UHGV virus genome: UHGV-0382128
DNA: 64,000 nt
Direction: 5' to 3' (one strand)
Origin: a virus
Shown here: one piece after another, positions 8,201-18,135 of the stretch
How the letters are laid out: each line of letters opens with the position of its first letter
Numbering within the stretch: the first letter of the stretch is position 1
Made by a program: the position numbers and the translations under genes
The notes under the pieces: model-generated
What the model was told of the DNA's origin: nothing
Databases searched by the model: none
What the model saw: the letters and a program-made list of their open reading frames with translations, nothing else

Positions 8201-9454
8201 TCGTGCTCTAAAGCGATGCATTTCTAAATACACTTTTTCCCAGGGACCGAATGGACCAACGATTGCTTGAGCATCGTTAATCTTCTTCTGATTATACCAC
8301 CGGGCTTCACGAAAGACGTAGTTTTGACTGTCGAATTCGGTAGTGTTAAATACCCACTCACCTTCCTCCCACGTAGGCCAATAACCTACCGTCTTTCCAA
8401 ATCGATTATTTAAGTACCCTAATGGTTTTTCAGAATCAGGATCGTTGGGGTCCTTGAGATAACAGCGTCCCCAAACGGCGTTATGCGAAACACCCACAAC
8501 TTCTTCTTCTAAATACGGATTATCTACCGTAAAGATAAAAGAGGATTCGTGGAGTAAAAGTGCTTTTAGTGTTTCAGGGTTACGAATACGTTGAACGTTG
8601 GTAGGCGATGATAAATCCCCTACACCGATGCTATCCCAGTCGTAATAACGGCGGGTTTCCAGAACGGTCCGTGCAAGATCAAAATTCGGTAAAGAAATCA
8701 TGATCGCACGGTCAGAGAAATAACCGTCCGGTGGCAACCAACGTAGCAATCCGCCTATGACGAAACCCACGGTTTTTCCCGTAATAGACTCAGGCAGCGA
8801 TATCATTAACGTGGAGTAATAGTCGCGCGTAGTGTCGAGCTTGTTTAGCGTAAGGTTGGCGATTGGGTAAGTTTTAACATTCCCTAGCTGACCAAAAACC
8901 ATACAGCCAATATCTGGTGTACATGCTCTCCGTACGATTTTACCGGCCCCAGGCAATCGCACACCTACGGTATCCGTCTGGTGTGGTACCCATTGGCCGT
9001 TAATGTTGTACAGTACACTATTACGGTATTTGTCTTTCCACTTGTCCTCACAAACGACGACAACGTCATCAGCATCGTCTAGGCTGAAATCTTGACTGTG
9101 GTGGTACCCTGGTGGACACAGATATGTTTCGACAGGTACATCGGCATTAATTGATTGGTAATGTGCCCAACTGAATTCCAGTTTCGGCAATCCAGCCTTT
9201 AGAGTGGGAATGACGTTTCCGGCCTTTTCGTTTAACCAATCTTGTAAAGTGTCTGTTCGGTTTTGTAGTTCGGCAAGATGGTATTGACTGACTAACGTAT
9301 AGTCTTTACCAAGTGCACTTAAACCGATCTCAAAGGTGTGGTAGTCTGAACACAACGTAGTTAAAGGTTGCGTGACATCGATGGCTCCCCAGGTACGGGA
9401 CTCTCGAGAGAAGCCAAAAGCGCTGTCGGGCCGCACTTGATAAGCAGTAGTCAC
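8192..9454 (-). CDS. hypothetical protein, 420 aa (possibly structural)
   Basis: Long ORF diverging from the fibre operon; no recognisable motif. Confidence 0.55.
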   Translation of the reverse strand: MTTAYQVRPDSAFGFSRESRTWGAIDVTQPLTTLCSDYHTFEIGLSALGKDYTLVSQYHLAELQNRTDTLQDWLNEKAGNVIPTLKAGLPKLEFSWAHYQSINADVPVETYLCPPGYHHSQDFSLDDADDVVVVCEDKWKDKYRNSVLYNINGQWVPHQTDTVGVRLPGAGKIVRRACTPDIGCMVFGQLGNVKTYPIANLTLNKLDTTRDYYSTLMISLPESITGKTVGFVIGGLLRWLPPDGYFSDRAIMISLPNFDLARTVLETRRYYDWDSIGVGDLSSPTNVQRIRNPETLKALLLHESSFIFTVDNPYLEEEVVGVSHNAVWGRCYLKDPNDPDSEKPLGYLNNRFGKTVGYWPTWEEGEWVFNTTEFDSQNYVFREARWYNQKKINDAQAIVGPFGPWEKVYLEMHRFRARKK

Positions 9455-9523
9455 AGCTCTTTTTCCTCTATAGATTCAAGTCATAGTATGAACTTCGACG
9501 CCCACGGACTATAGGAGTAGATA

Positions 9524-12500
9524 ATGGCTGTCGTCTTAGACCCACACTTCAAAAAACCGGGGAATAAAATAACCGGTGAAGCGGTCGCCGTCATTGGTAC
9601 GAAATACCGAATGTTGGTACCTGCCCACGCCCCTTTTTTCACCACATCCCTGGTGGTCAAGAGCGGCGGCAAAATACTGACCTTAGGCGACGATTACGTT
9701 ATTACACACTCGTACGAGACTGGTATGTTGCGCACAGCCTATCTCATTCACGGGATGATTTGGATTGTTAATGACAAATACAAATCGAACTTTACTGTAG
9801 ATTACCATGCTGTTGGTTGTGGTGAAGCAACCCAAGAGCAGATTACCGCAGAGCGCGAGCTTAATAAAGGTAAATACCCCTCCGCGTGTCAGTGGGACAC
9901 CGTTATCGGAGACGTTTACTTTCCACCGGTCGATATCCAGTTCGATTGGGAGAATTGGAAAGGTGAACTGGAGCTAATGCAGGCCATTGCTGGGGTAGGC
10001 GATTCGTTAGGGGAAGTCGTGAGTCGTCTTAACCCAATCGCACGCAATACACTGGATTTGGAATATCGTGCTAATAGCAAGGTTATCACTTCCGAGCAGT
10101 ATGCTGCGTACGATAATAAAGGCGGTTTCACCTACAACACAGCTCGCCACCGTTATAGCCTGAGTTATAAAGCGACAACCTTTAACAACTATTCCCTGTC
10201 GGTGAAACACAGAATTCCTGCTATTCTGCCAGACATGACAAAGTTGAATCCGAACGAACAGATCGATTGGATGCTCTGTTATGCCAACGGCGGTGCAAGT
10301 ATTCTACGGTTACAGCTAAAACAGCGCAAAATCTCACTGGTCTTAACTGTCGCTATTGGCAGTGGTTCAACAAACTACGATTATACTTTAATCAACGGTT
10401 TAACTGACGATGAGTTAAAAAACGATATCGATTTTAGTGTAACCCGACAACCCGGAAACGGCGTTTACGTAATCGTAGTAAAAACAAATAAACAGACCAT
10501 GGATTATACGTTCAACGTAGATACGCCGCCTGATGAGTTCTCGGCAGGGTATTCGAAAACGGATGTAGCCAAATGGTTGAAGTCTAAAACGAACATTAAC
10601 CTGAACTGGTATGCGGCTGAAAACGATTATGTTCAAATTCGTTCTTTACCCGGCGCGCCGGAGCCTGACGTCGATAACGATGTTTACCAGTTAATAGTTA
10701 AGTATCATCAGTTGGTTGAGCAGCTGTATCGTAATGCGCCTGCGCACGAACACATCACACGTAAGGACAACCCACACACAGATACGTGGGGTCCGATCCG
10801 TGCGTTAGAGTTGAACGGTATTGCGTCGGATGCAGCATTAGCTTACGGAAAAACGAAGCCGCAGTTAACGGATTATGTTAATGCTAAGTATCCAACACAA
10901 GCGACGCTGACAGCACAAAAGAAACTATTGCGCACGTCAGCTACGAAAACGGCTAACGGAACTATTGGAACGCTGCCCGGTTTTACTTCGTTCACGACGG
11001 AAGTTGACCCGGTGTCAATGTCGAAATACGTGAGTCCTCGTTTTAGCGAAAGCTACGTTAGTAATGGTCACAGGTATCACGGTGCGCTTCGTTACACAGG
11101 AACGAAGAGTGGATTCGCCACTTCTTTTAATGCGGTACCTGCTAACCTGCAAGATATTGACTTTATTGTTACCGGACGTAAAACAGCGTCTGGTAATGAA
11201 GCTGTCGGTACGGTTAGCCTACGTTTCTATCAGAAACCTGGTACTAACTCTGGAAAATTTATCCAGCTTACAGGTGAAATTTCTGCGGGTAAAGTCGGCG
11301 TTAAGTTGGAACTGAACGGTTTTTCGAATCCCACACCGGAAGTTCAGTATCTTTCCCAAGCTCCTAATCCAGCAATACCGGATGGGGATTTTACGCTGCG
11401 TTTTCAACTGAAACGCACAGGGAACGTGTTTGATGTCGTTATTACCATAAACGGCAAGACATACAGTGCACGTGTTAACTTCACTAACATGGACGCTGCA
11501 CTAGAAGCATTGGAGAATAGCCACCACTTTAAATCATTGATCAGTAATGTTGCTGACAACGTCACTATTAGCTCGGGGAATAAAGGTAACACGGTTACCA
11601 TTAAGAAAGCGCCCGACGTCGTTGACGGGACCCGTTTAGGTGCCCAGTTTGTCGTTGACCCGAAATCCATTAAGTTTATTGGACAAGGTTCAACCGAGGT
11701 TAATGTGGGGAATAACCCGGTAACGTTTCAAGCAGGTATTAACCAGCTTATATTGTATCCTGATGATCGTGGATTACAGTGGCGTGGTAAGAAACTCTTA
11801 GACCCCACTACCGTGGCTCCGTATCTGCCAGGCAATACCGCGGGCGGTACGGGATTATTCTACGGTACATCTACAACCACGGTAGAGCTTACCGGTAGCG
11901 GGATAAAAGCATCGCCGTTCGTAGCGACTTTTATTCTCCCTACCGCGACAGATACAACAGCCCTGGCAGCTTGGCAGTTGACTGATGAGTTTGGTACCGC
12001 TGAAAACCTTGCAGCAACGCCAGCACTGATTGAAAAACTCGATGCGGAGTTCACCGGTAAATTAGTTGCGGTTAAATCGTACATTAACGATATGCAACTT
12101 ACCAGCTCGGTCACTATCGACAAAATTACCTTTGGTTTAGGTAACGTTGCGAATACACCCGATGTCAATTTACCGATTTCTACAGCACAACGTGCGGAGT
12201 TAGATAAATACTCGCCTAAAGTTCACCAACACCCGTTTACCGCTTTTGGTACTGGGAACGCAACCACAGCGAAACGTGGTCTGATTAAATTTGGTCTGGA
12301 TGTGGATGATGCGACTTTAGCACTCGATGGGAGTGTGGTAATGGCGCAGACCTCCCAGATTGAAAAATTGGAAAATGCTGTCGGTGGCGTTGACTCGGGT
12401 GCTCGCGTTGACATTATTCGTTTCGGCAAGTCTGGTGACGACTTAATTAACGTTACGGTTAAAGACAAAATTCTGGCTATGCTCCCCGCTTCAACGTACT

Positions 12501-13846
12501 TTGTTGGTGGTGAGACGTATGACGTACCGTTAATGTCGGTTAACGTCACTGAACGTTTCCCGAATCCGAAAACGTTGATCTACGCAGGAATTTTTGTTGA
12601 TATTGTTGACAACAAAGCGAAGTATGTTATCCACGACAGCTACAATCAGGCTGAAACGGATACCATGACGCGCGTGGGAAGACTCGTTGTCAATGAGCTT
12701 TCCGAAGTGGACGTAGTGGAATTGCGTAACGTGACACGATTAGGCGAATTCCACGAGCTGAAAGACCACATCGCTAATGACAACGCACACATTCAACGTT
12801 CTGCTTCGCGTGCAGTATTGGGGTTAAGTGATTTAACAGTAGGTGCACCTTGCTGGGCTTCTGGACTCCAGGCAGTAGTGCGTGGTGAAGCAGATTGGCG
12901 TTATGTTGTTCGTGGACAGTATAAAGCCTTAGACGGGGTGAAATACGACCAGATCGCATCAAAGTGGATTTTCGATGCGAAAGGGGTAAGTGACAACGTT
13001 CACGGGTTTATTCACAACTTATTCCCGACTTTCAAAAACGCAGGAATGCGGGTAAGTTGGGAAACAGAAAGCAACGCAAAAACCGGAACAGTGTTAGAAA
13101 CTGTTTTAGGTTGTTGGAAGAACAACGACGGCGAGTTTATGCGGTTGTCATTACTTATCACTCGCGGTTATCGTTTAACTGACAGTAACGGTGAATATTG
13201 TTACGCAGGGTTCGGTTTGAACTTCGGTAGCGGGAAATCGGTAGTGGTAGGTTTCACACCAACGAAGCGTGTTACGCCTGCACCGTGGAGTTCATTACGA
13301 CCTGACGTAACGTTTACCCACACCCGTGGTGCAAACAACGCAATAACGTTTAATGCATCGCTGACTTTAGCTGGCACTGTGTATACTATCGTGGTGTTTT
13401 TATCCGCGACAGATAAATACGTAAGCTGTACGGCGGCAGGGGGAACTACGCAGAAAATCCCATTAGCCGACCGTTTAACCGGGTTCAATATCGAACCTAT
13501 CGTTAATGATCCGTATACCCCTATTTACTACGGTTTAGGGGGACTTTATGAGGATGAGGTTCGTGCCAACATCCGCTCTACAGCAGACAGCGCAACTGCG
13601 AACAAAGTCTACGGTACGTTGTTGGACTATGTTAGCAACTATTCCTCATTAAATCGAGTACGCGTCATGGAATTGTCCGGTGTCAGCTCAGACCCCGAAA
13701 CGCTTAATGCGTTAGTGGCAACTGAATTTAATAACAACCTGGCAGATTACGCTGCGTTACCGATACCTCCTTATCTTAACAAGGAGCGCGTAATGTCGTT
13801 TATCGACACCGACAATAAAGTGCAGGCGGTAATCATTCGCGATTAA
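9524..13846 (+). CDS. large virion fibre-like protein (1440 aa)
   Basis: First of four consecutive large proteins sharing an N-terminal P-F-[FY] ... G-x-DY-x-[LI] motif (here PAHAPFFTTSLVV...GDDYVI). Confidence 0.6.
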   Translation: MAVVLDPHFKKPGNKITGEAVAVIGTKYRMLVPAHAPFFTTSLVVKSGGKILTLGDDYVITHSYETGMLRTAYLIHGMIWIVNDKYKSNFTVDYHAVGCGEATQEQITAERELNKGKYPSACQWDTVIGDVYFPPVDIQFDWENWKGELELMQAIAGVGDSLGEVVSRLNPIARNTLDLEYRANSKVITSEQYAAYDNKGGFTYNTARHRYSLSYKATTFNNYSLSVKHRIPAILPDMTKLNPNEQIDWMLCYANGGASILRLQLKQRKISLVLTVAIGSGSTNYDYTLINGLTDDELKNDIDFSVTRQPGNGVYVIVVKTNKQTMDYTFNVDTPPDEFSAGYSKTDVAKWLKSKTNINLNWYAAENDYVQIRSLPGAPEPDVDNDVYQLIVKYHQLVEQLYRNAPAHEHITRKDNPHTDTWGPIRALELNGIASDAALAYGKTKPQLTDYVNAKYPTQATLTAQKKLLRTSATKTANGTIGTLPGFTSFTTEVDPVSMSKYVSPRFSESYVSNGHRYHGALRYTGTKSGFATSFNAVPANLQDIDFIVTGRKTASGNEAVGTVSLRFYQKPGTNSGKFIQLTGEISAGKVGVKLELNGFSNPTPEVQYLSQAPNPAIPDGDFTLRFQLKRTGNVFDVVITINGKTYSARVNFTNMDAALEALENSHHFKSLISNVADNVTISSGNKGNTVTIKKAPDVVDGTRLGAQFVVDPKSIKFIGQGSTEVNVGNNPVTFQAGINQLILYPDDRGLQWRGKKLLDPTTVAPYLPGNTAGGTGLFYGTSTTTVELTGSGIKASPFVATFILPTATDTTALAAWQLTDEFGTAENLAATPALIEKLDAEFTGKLVAVKSYINDMQLTSSVTIDKITFGLGNVANTPDVNLPISTAQRAELDKYSPKVHQHPFTAFGTGNATTAKRGLIKFGLDVDDATLALDGSVVMAQTSQIEKLENAVGGVDSGARVDIIRFGKSGDDLINVTVKDKILAMLPASTYFVGGETYDVPLMSVNVTERFPNPKTLIYAGIFVDIVDNKAKYVIHDSYNQAETDTMTRVGRLVVNELSEVDVVELRNVTRLGEFHELKDHIANDNAHIQRSASRAVLGLSDLTVGAPCWASGLQAVVRGEADWRYVVRGQYKALDGVKYDQIASKWIFDAKGVSDNVHGFIHNLFPTFKNAGMRVSWETESNAKTGTVLETVLGCWKNNDGEFMRLSLLITRGYRLTDSNGEYCYAGFGLNFGSGKSVVVGFTPTKRVTPAPWSSLRPDVTFTHTRGANNAITFNASLTLAGTVYTIVVFLSATDKYVSCTAAGGTTQKIPLADRLTGFNIEPIVNDPYTPIYYGLGGLYEDEVRANIRSTADSATANKVYGTLLDYVSNYSSLNRVRVMELSGVSSDPETLNALVATEFNNNLADYAALPIPPYLNKERVMSFIDTDNKVQAVIIRD

Positions 13847-13856
13847 GGAGAATTTT

Positions 13857-16800
13857 TTGATGAAAGCGTATCCTTACGATCCTCGGGGGACGAAAACCGA
13901 GAATCACTTCTTAGAGGAGCGTATCATCGGGTCAGAAAACAACAACGATCGGGTGGTGATTTTAGACCATCGCCCGTTCTTTGAAGATTTAGTCGTCAGA
14001 CAACCAGGTTCAACCACCCCACTGAGTCGTGGGGTGGACTACGAACTGCAATATCAGCTGACGGAACTGGATGACTCGGTAGCAGCCAACGTGTATTGTG
14101 GGGTACACCTTATCAACCCTTCCATCAAAGGCATCGTAACCTTTGAAGGACAAATGCTCGGCGGTACGTTCTACGACCCGTTTGTTGATATTCTCGATGA
14201 GCTGGTGAAATATTTGAATAACCCAGTCAGCGCTGACTGGCTGTTATTAGACGGTAGACCGTCGTTATATCCAGCGACGCCTGCGGCAACGTCTTGGGCG
14301 GATTTGCTAAACAAAAAATATTTAGCGTCGGCAGTCCACGATGTTGAATTGAAAACCGATGACGCTAACCAGTTAATTAAAGATAAATTAGCCGAAGTTA
14401 AAGCGTTAGTCGCCGCGCTGGGTAAAGAAATCGAGGCATTTAACTACCCGGCACACATCGCGGAAACCAACCCGCACCAAACTACTTCTGCACAGATTAG
14501 CGCACATCCTGTTAACTTGAAAACACCCGACACCTTTATGGCGTACGGGTTAAAGTTGAAAGCACTGACGGATGAACTGAAAGCGTTTCGTTTACCACAG
14601 TCAGTTATCGACACGTATATCTCTCACTGGATTTCTTCGGAAGTACGGGGTGTGTTTAACTGCACGGTGTCAGGAAACCGTGCACAGTTCCGCTCAAAAA
14701 ACGGTGAGTCAGAAATCATTTTTGCGAATGATGGCTTTACGTTAAAATCCAACGGTTCTGTAGTGTTAGCGGTAGGGCATCTGGAAGGAACGGGTGCAGG
14801 ACGTTACATTAACTGGCGTGCTGGTAAAAACACGTTACGCATCGAGTCAACGGGCGATGCTTTAGGGATGAACAAACTTACCCTAAACGGTAACCCGTTA
14901 CTGACCACCACAGCATTGATGGAATACCAACAGGACCCGGATGCTGGCGGGAGCGGTGGCGGTGACCCTGACGACTCAAAGGTGTACATCGAAGGCCGTA
15001 ATGGGATTAGCTTCACCGGTAAAGGCTCTCGGACCGATCCTATCGTGGGTACTATCGAACCGACGAAAGCGACAACCACCGAAAAAGGTGTTGTTAAGCT
15101 TAAAACTGGTAAAGGTACAGAAATCGTTGGGGTTGCAGCAACTCCGGCTTCGTTAGCGCCATATGCGACCGACCTATCGGGGTATGTGGCTAAAACGACC
15201 ATGATTAACGGTAAGCCGATGAATGACGGCTCCAGGACAATCACGAAAGCTGACCTGGGGTTAGGGCAAGCGGATAATACCGCAGATCTTGACAAACCGT
15301 TGTCAACCAAGTTAACTGAGGCGGTTAGCGGTCTAGCAGATGTGGGCCATCATCACGATTGGTCGGAGTTAGGTATTTATAAAGCCTCTCAATCTGTTTA
15401 CGGTATCGGTCGTTATGCAACTAACCAGAACGGTTTGGTTGAAAACCGTGCAGTGGTACCGAACATCCTAAAAGAGCTTTCGGCACGTTTAAGTGTGGTC
15501 GCTGCGGCAATTGCAAATGCGAAAGAAGGAACAGTCACGGATTTCGCTGCTGTAAAAGGCGCAGACTGGCGATTTAATAGCCAGGGTACGGCAATCTCCG
15601 TTCAGGATTTGAAATATTTCTATTTGCTGGACGGCACGAAAGGTGACAGCACCGTTACCGGTGCGATTGACCTGCAAACCACTCCGATGTTTAACTGGTT
15701 CTCACCGAACAACCAACTTGAGCTGACTTGGCCTACGGGTAAGGTGAGTAAAGGTACCGGGATTAGTTGGGATGGAATTGTTGATCCCCCAACAATGGGG
15801 TTTCAGTCAGTTCCGGTAGGTAAAAGCGCCACCCAGATGGGCGTTCAGTCCGTTGTATCGGTACTGGCTAAAACGCGCGTCAAAGCTCGTCAGAAAAGGC
15901 TGTTTGTTTATGCCGCTGGCGGTGGGACAATAACCGTTTATGTAAATGGTGTTGTAGCCGCTACTGGTGCGTCGCCATTGTTAATGAACTATGGAACGTC
16001 TCCAGATGTTGAAAACTACACAATTGCTGTTAAAGCAGAGTGTAGTGACACGGCTAAATCTGCAGCGGTACAGTTCGAAGTTTACGATGGTGACTACCCC
16101 GTTTATTTCAGTGGTCCTGAAACGCGTGTAGATCTTCTCCAGGAGTTTGTCACAACGCATGTAGGTATTCGTCATTATTTGTACGTTAACATGCTCACAG
16201 GCTCTCTGTATTCGCGTGCTGAACCAGTTCAAGGATTTGAGGTCGATCCAGAACGCGGATATATCGGTTATGTTGATATCGTTCCTGGTCAGTCTTACGC
16301 GAATAAAACCGTGGGATTTGAAACCACGTTTGATTTCGGGAAAAGTGCGGAAGTTAGCGAGCATAATAGTATTCGTAAGGCACACGGTCTCAACGCTGCG
16401 GACTGGTCACTGACGGATAACCCACGGTTGCCGTTATTAAACCGTGCTATTGCCGAACCAAGAGCGTGTATCTTTAGGAAACCGTTAGCAACCGCTACAG
16501 GGGATGTTTTCCATCTTGTCAGTCGTGGCCTTTATACCTACGCACACAACCAAAACGTGAAGTCGAGTCTTCAATACGTTGTGATACCTGAAGGTGCTAC
16601 GCCGTATTGTTGGTTTACACCATTTAACCCGAAAGAAAACAACGCACCGACATTCGAAGGCTCGTTTGCGTTCGATGTTGACGATGTTGGTGGAACGCAA
16701 GCCCTTGCTGCTGCGCCGGATTTGGTTCTATGCACGTCAACGCAAGGTAGCAGCGTTAAACGTCGCTATCTACGCATTGACCTAACTACCAAAGCCTGTA

Positions 16801-18041
16801 GGCTGGGGATTGGTTCCCGTTCAGATTCTGCCGTTACAGATATTCCGTTAGTGATGGAGGAGTCTGGGGAAACGGCGGTGGTCGCAACGTTTAAGGATGT
16901 GTTGTTCAACGGCGAGGAAACCAACCCCGCGGCACTCGACTTGATAGGTTGGGGTGCCAGCCGAGATAAAATTTCTGCAAACCATGCACCTCGTGGCATG
17001 ATTCGCTATCGTTACAACGTAAACACTCGGGTATTACGTTTAGCACTGTCGTTCTCACAGTTCGGAACGACAACAGTTAAACATCGACAGCTGGAGATTC
17101 AATTCCCGTTCGATTTAGTGGATTATTTCACTGGCGACGGTGTGGGATTGTCGTTTAAAGAACTGTCTGCGAAATGCCGTGTAACGATTAGTCATGCACT
17201 GATTGATCCGGCTACGAGTAACGTCGACATTGATAAGTACCATTACTTACGTTCGTTGTTCGAATCGTATCTGGATTCGTCCGTTGGGTATTTGGCTGAT
17301 ACCAAAGACGTTGATTTTAGTCAGTCTGTGATTGACCCTGCGACTTACGAGGTTAGTCAAAAATACCGCGTTACAGAAAGCATCGCGCTGCCAACCGGCC
17401 AGGGAAGTGTTGCTGTTTCCCATGACGGCCAGTTGCCTGCGCAGTTCTTTGACCGTAAGCTGTCTCGTGGTGCCTTGATGGCCAAGAAAGGTGAACTCAA
17501 CACTTCCTGGAATAATGAGTGGAGCACGACTAAAGCTGCTGCGAGTCGTTATCGCCATAAACTCATTCTACGCTTTGCACAAGGTGCTGATAAACAGCAG
17601 TATCGCGTTGCAAAAGTGGCCGGGACGGTGAAGTCTAACTGGCCGGGTAAAGTGATTATCGGTGATGCCGGGAAGGACCCGTATGTATCGGCTATTGATA
17701 GCGTATCTTTTGCGCTTTCGACCGCCTCTGATACAGGTAAAGCGATTACTCTTACGCCAAAGGACTTACGTGTAGGTCAGGACATTTATATTGTCTTAGA
17801 ACCACCCGGCAATAATCCAGAAGGTTATGAACTTAACTTCACTTGTTCGTTAGATGTCACTGACGAGAAAAGTGTCCGTCAAGATCAACTCAATGCACAG
17901 AGTTTCGAACTCCGTAGCGGCGAAAGTCAGTTCTTAATGGAGAAACGCAACCCGTACCACATCACGAGTAAAGCGTGGAAGTGGATTCTGGCTGTACTGA
18001 AACGAGAACTTAACGGGAAGCAGTTAGGGGATCGTACTTAG
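13857..18041 (+). CDS. tail fibre protein (1394 aa)
   Basis: Shared N-terminal motif (RPFFEDLVV...GVDYEL); contains a tail-fibre-repeat-like segment TEKGVVKLKTGKGTEIVGVAATPASLAPY. Confidence 0.65.
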   Translation: MMKAYPYDPRGTKTENHFLEERIIGSENNNDRVVILDHRPFFEDLVVRQPGSTTPLSRGVDYELQYQLTELDDSVAANVYCGVHLINPSIKGIVTFEGQMLGGTFYDPFVDILDELVKYLNNPVSADWLLLDGRPSLYPATPAATSWADLLNKKYLASAVHDVELKTDDANQLIKDKLAEVKALVAALGKEIEAFNYPAHIAETNPHQTTSAQISAHPVNLKTPDTFMAYGLKLKALTDELKAFRLPQSVIDTYISHWISSEVRGVFNCTVSGNRAQFRSKNGESEIIFANDGFTLKSNGSVVLAVGHLEGTGAGRYINWRAGKNTLRIESTGDALGMNKLTLNGNPLLTTTALMEYQQDPDAGGSGGGDPDDSKVYIEGRNGISFTGKGSRTDPIVGTIEPTKATTTEKGVVKLKTGKGTEIVGVAATPASLAPYATDLSGYVAKTTMINGKPMNDGSRTITKADLGLGQADNTADLDKPLSTKLTEAVSGLADVGHHHDWSELGIYKASQSVYGIGRYATNQNGLVENRAVVPNILKELSARLSVVAAAIANAKEGTVTDFAAVKGADWRFNSQGTAISVQDLKYFYLLDGTKGDSTVTGAIDLQTTPMFNWFSPNNQLELTWPTGKVSKGTGISWDGIVDPPTMGFQSVPVGKSATQMGVQSVVSVLAKTRVKARQKRLFVYAAGGGTITVYVNGVVAATGASPLLMNYGTSPDVENYTIAVKAECSDTAKSAAVQFEVYDGDYPVYFSGPETRVDLLQEFVTTHVGIRHYLYVNMLTGSLYSRAEPVQGFEVDPERGYIGYVDIVPGQSYANKTVGFETTFDFGKSAEVSEHNSIRKAHGLNAADWSLTDNPRLPLLNRAIAEPRACIFRKPLATATGDVFHLVSRGLYTYAHNQNVKSSLQYVVIPEGATPYCWFTPFNPKENNAPTFEGSFAFDVDDVGGTQALAAAPDLVLCTSTQGSSVKRRYLRIDLTTKACRLGIGSRSDSAVTDIPLVMEESGETAVVATFKDVLFNGEETNPAALDLIGWGASRDKISANHAPRGMIRYRYNVNTRVLRLALSFSQFGTTTVKHRQLEIQFPFDLVDYFTGDGVGLSFKELSAKCRVTISHALIDPATSNVDIDKYHYLRSLFESYLDSSVGYLADTKDVDFSQSVIDPATYEVSQKYRVTESIALPTGQGSVAVSHDGQLPAQFFDRKLSRGALMAKKGELNTSWNNEWSTTKAAASRYRHKLILRFAQGADKQQYRVAKVAGTVKSNWPGKVIIGDAGKDPYVSAIDSVSFALSTASDTGKAITLTPKDLRVGQDIYIVLEPPGNNPEGYELNFTCSLDVTDEKSVRQDQLNAQSFELRSGESQFLMEKRNPYHITSKAWKWILAVLKRELNGKQLGDRT

Positions 18042-18079
18042 GACAGACTGCCTGCGGGCAGTTGTGTGTCCGTAGGTAA

Positions 18080-18118
18080 CCCCTCCCTGTAATGGGGAGG
18101 GGTATCCATTTTATTTAA
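18080..18118 (+). terminator. terminator-like hairpin between fibre genes
   Basis: CCCCTCCC-TGTAAT-GGGGAGGGG followed by TATCCATTTTATTT. Confidence 0.45.
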
Positions 18119-18135
18119 AAGTAGGAGTCTTTACG

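Noticed and set aside
9481-9672. ORF 9481..9672 (-) in the divergent region upstream of the fibre operon
   Set aside because: It overlaps the start of the 1440-aa gene and has no RBS; likely spurious.
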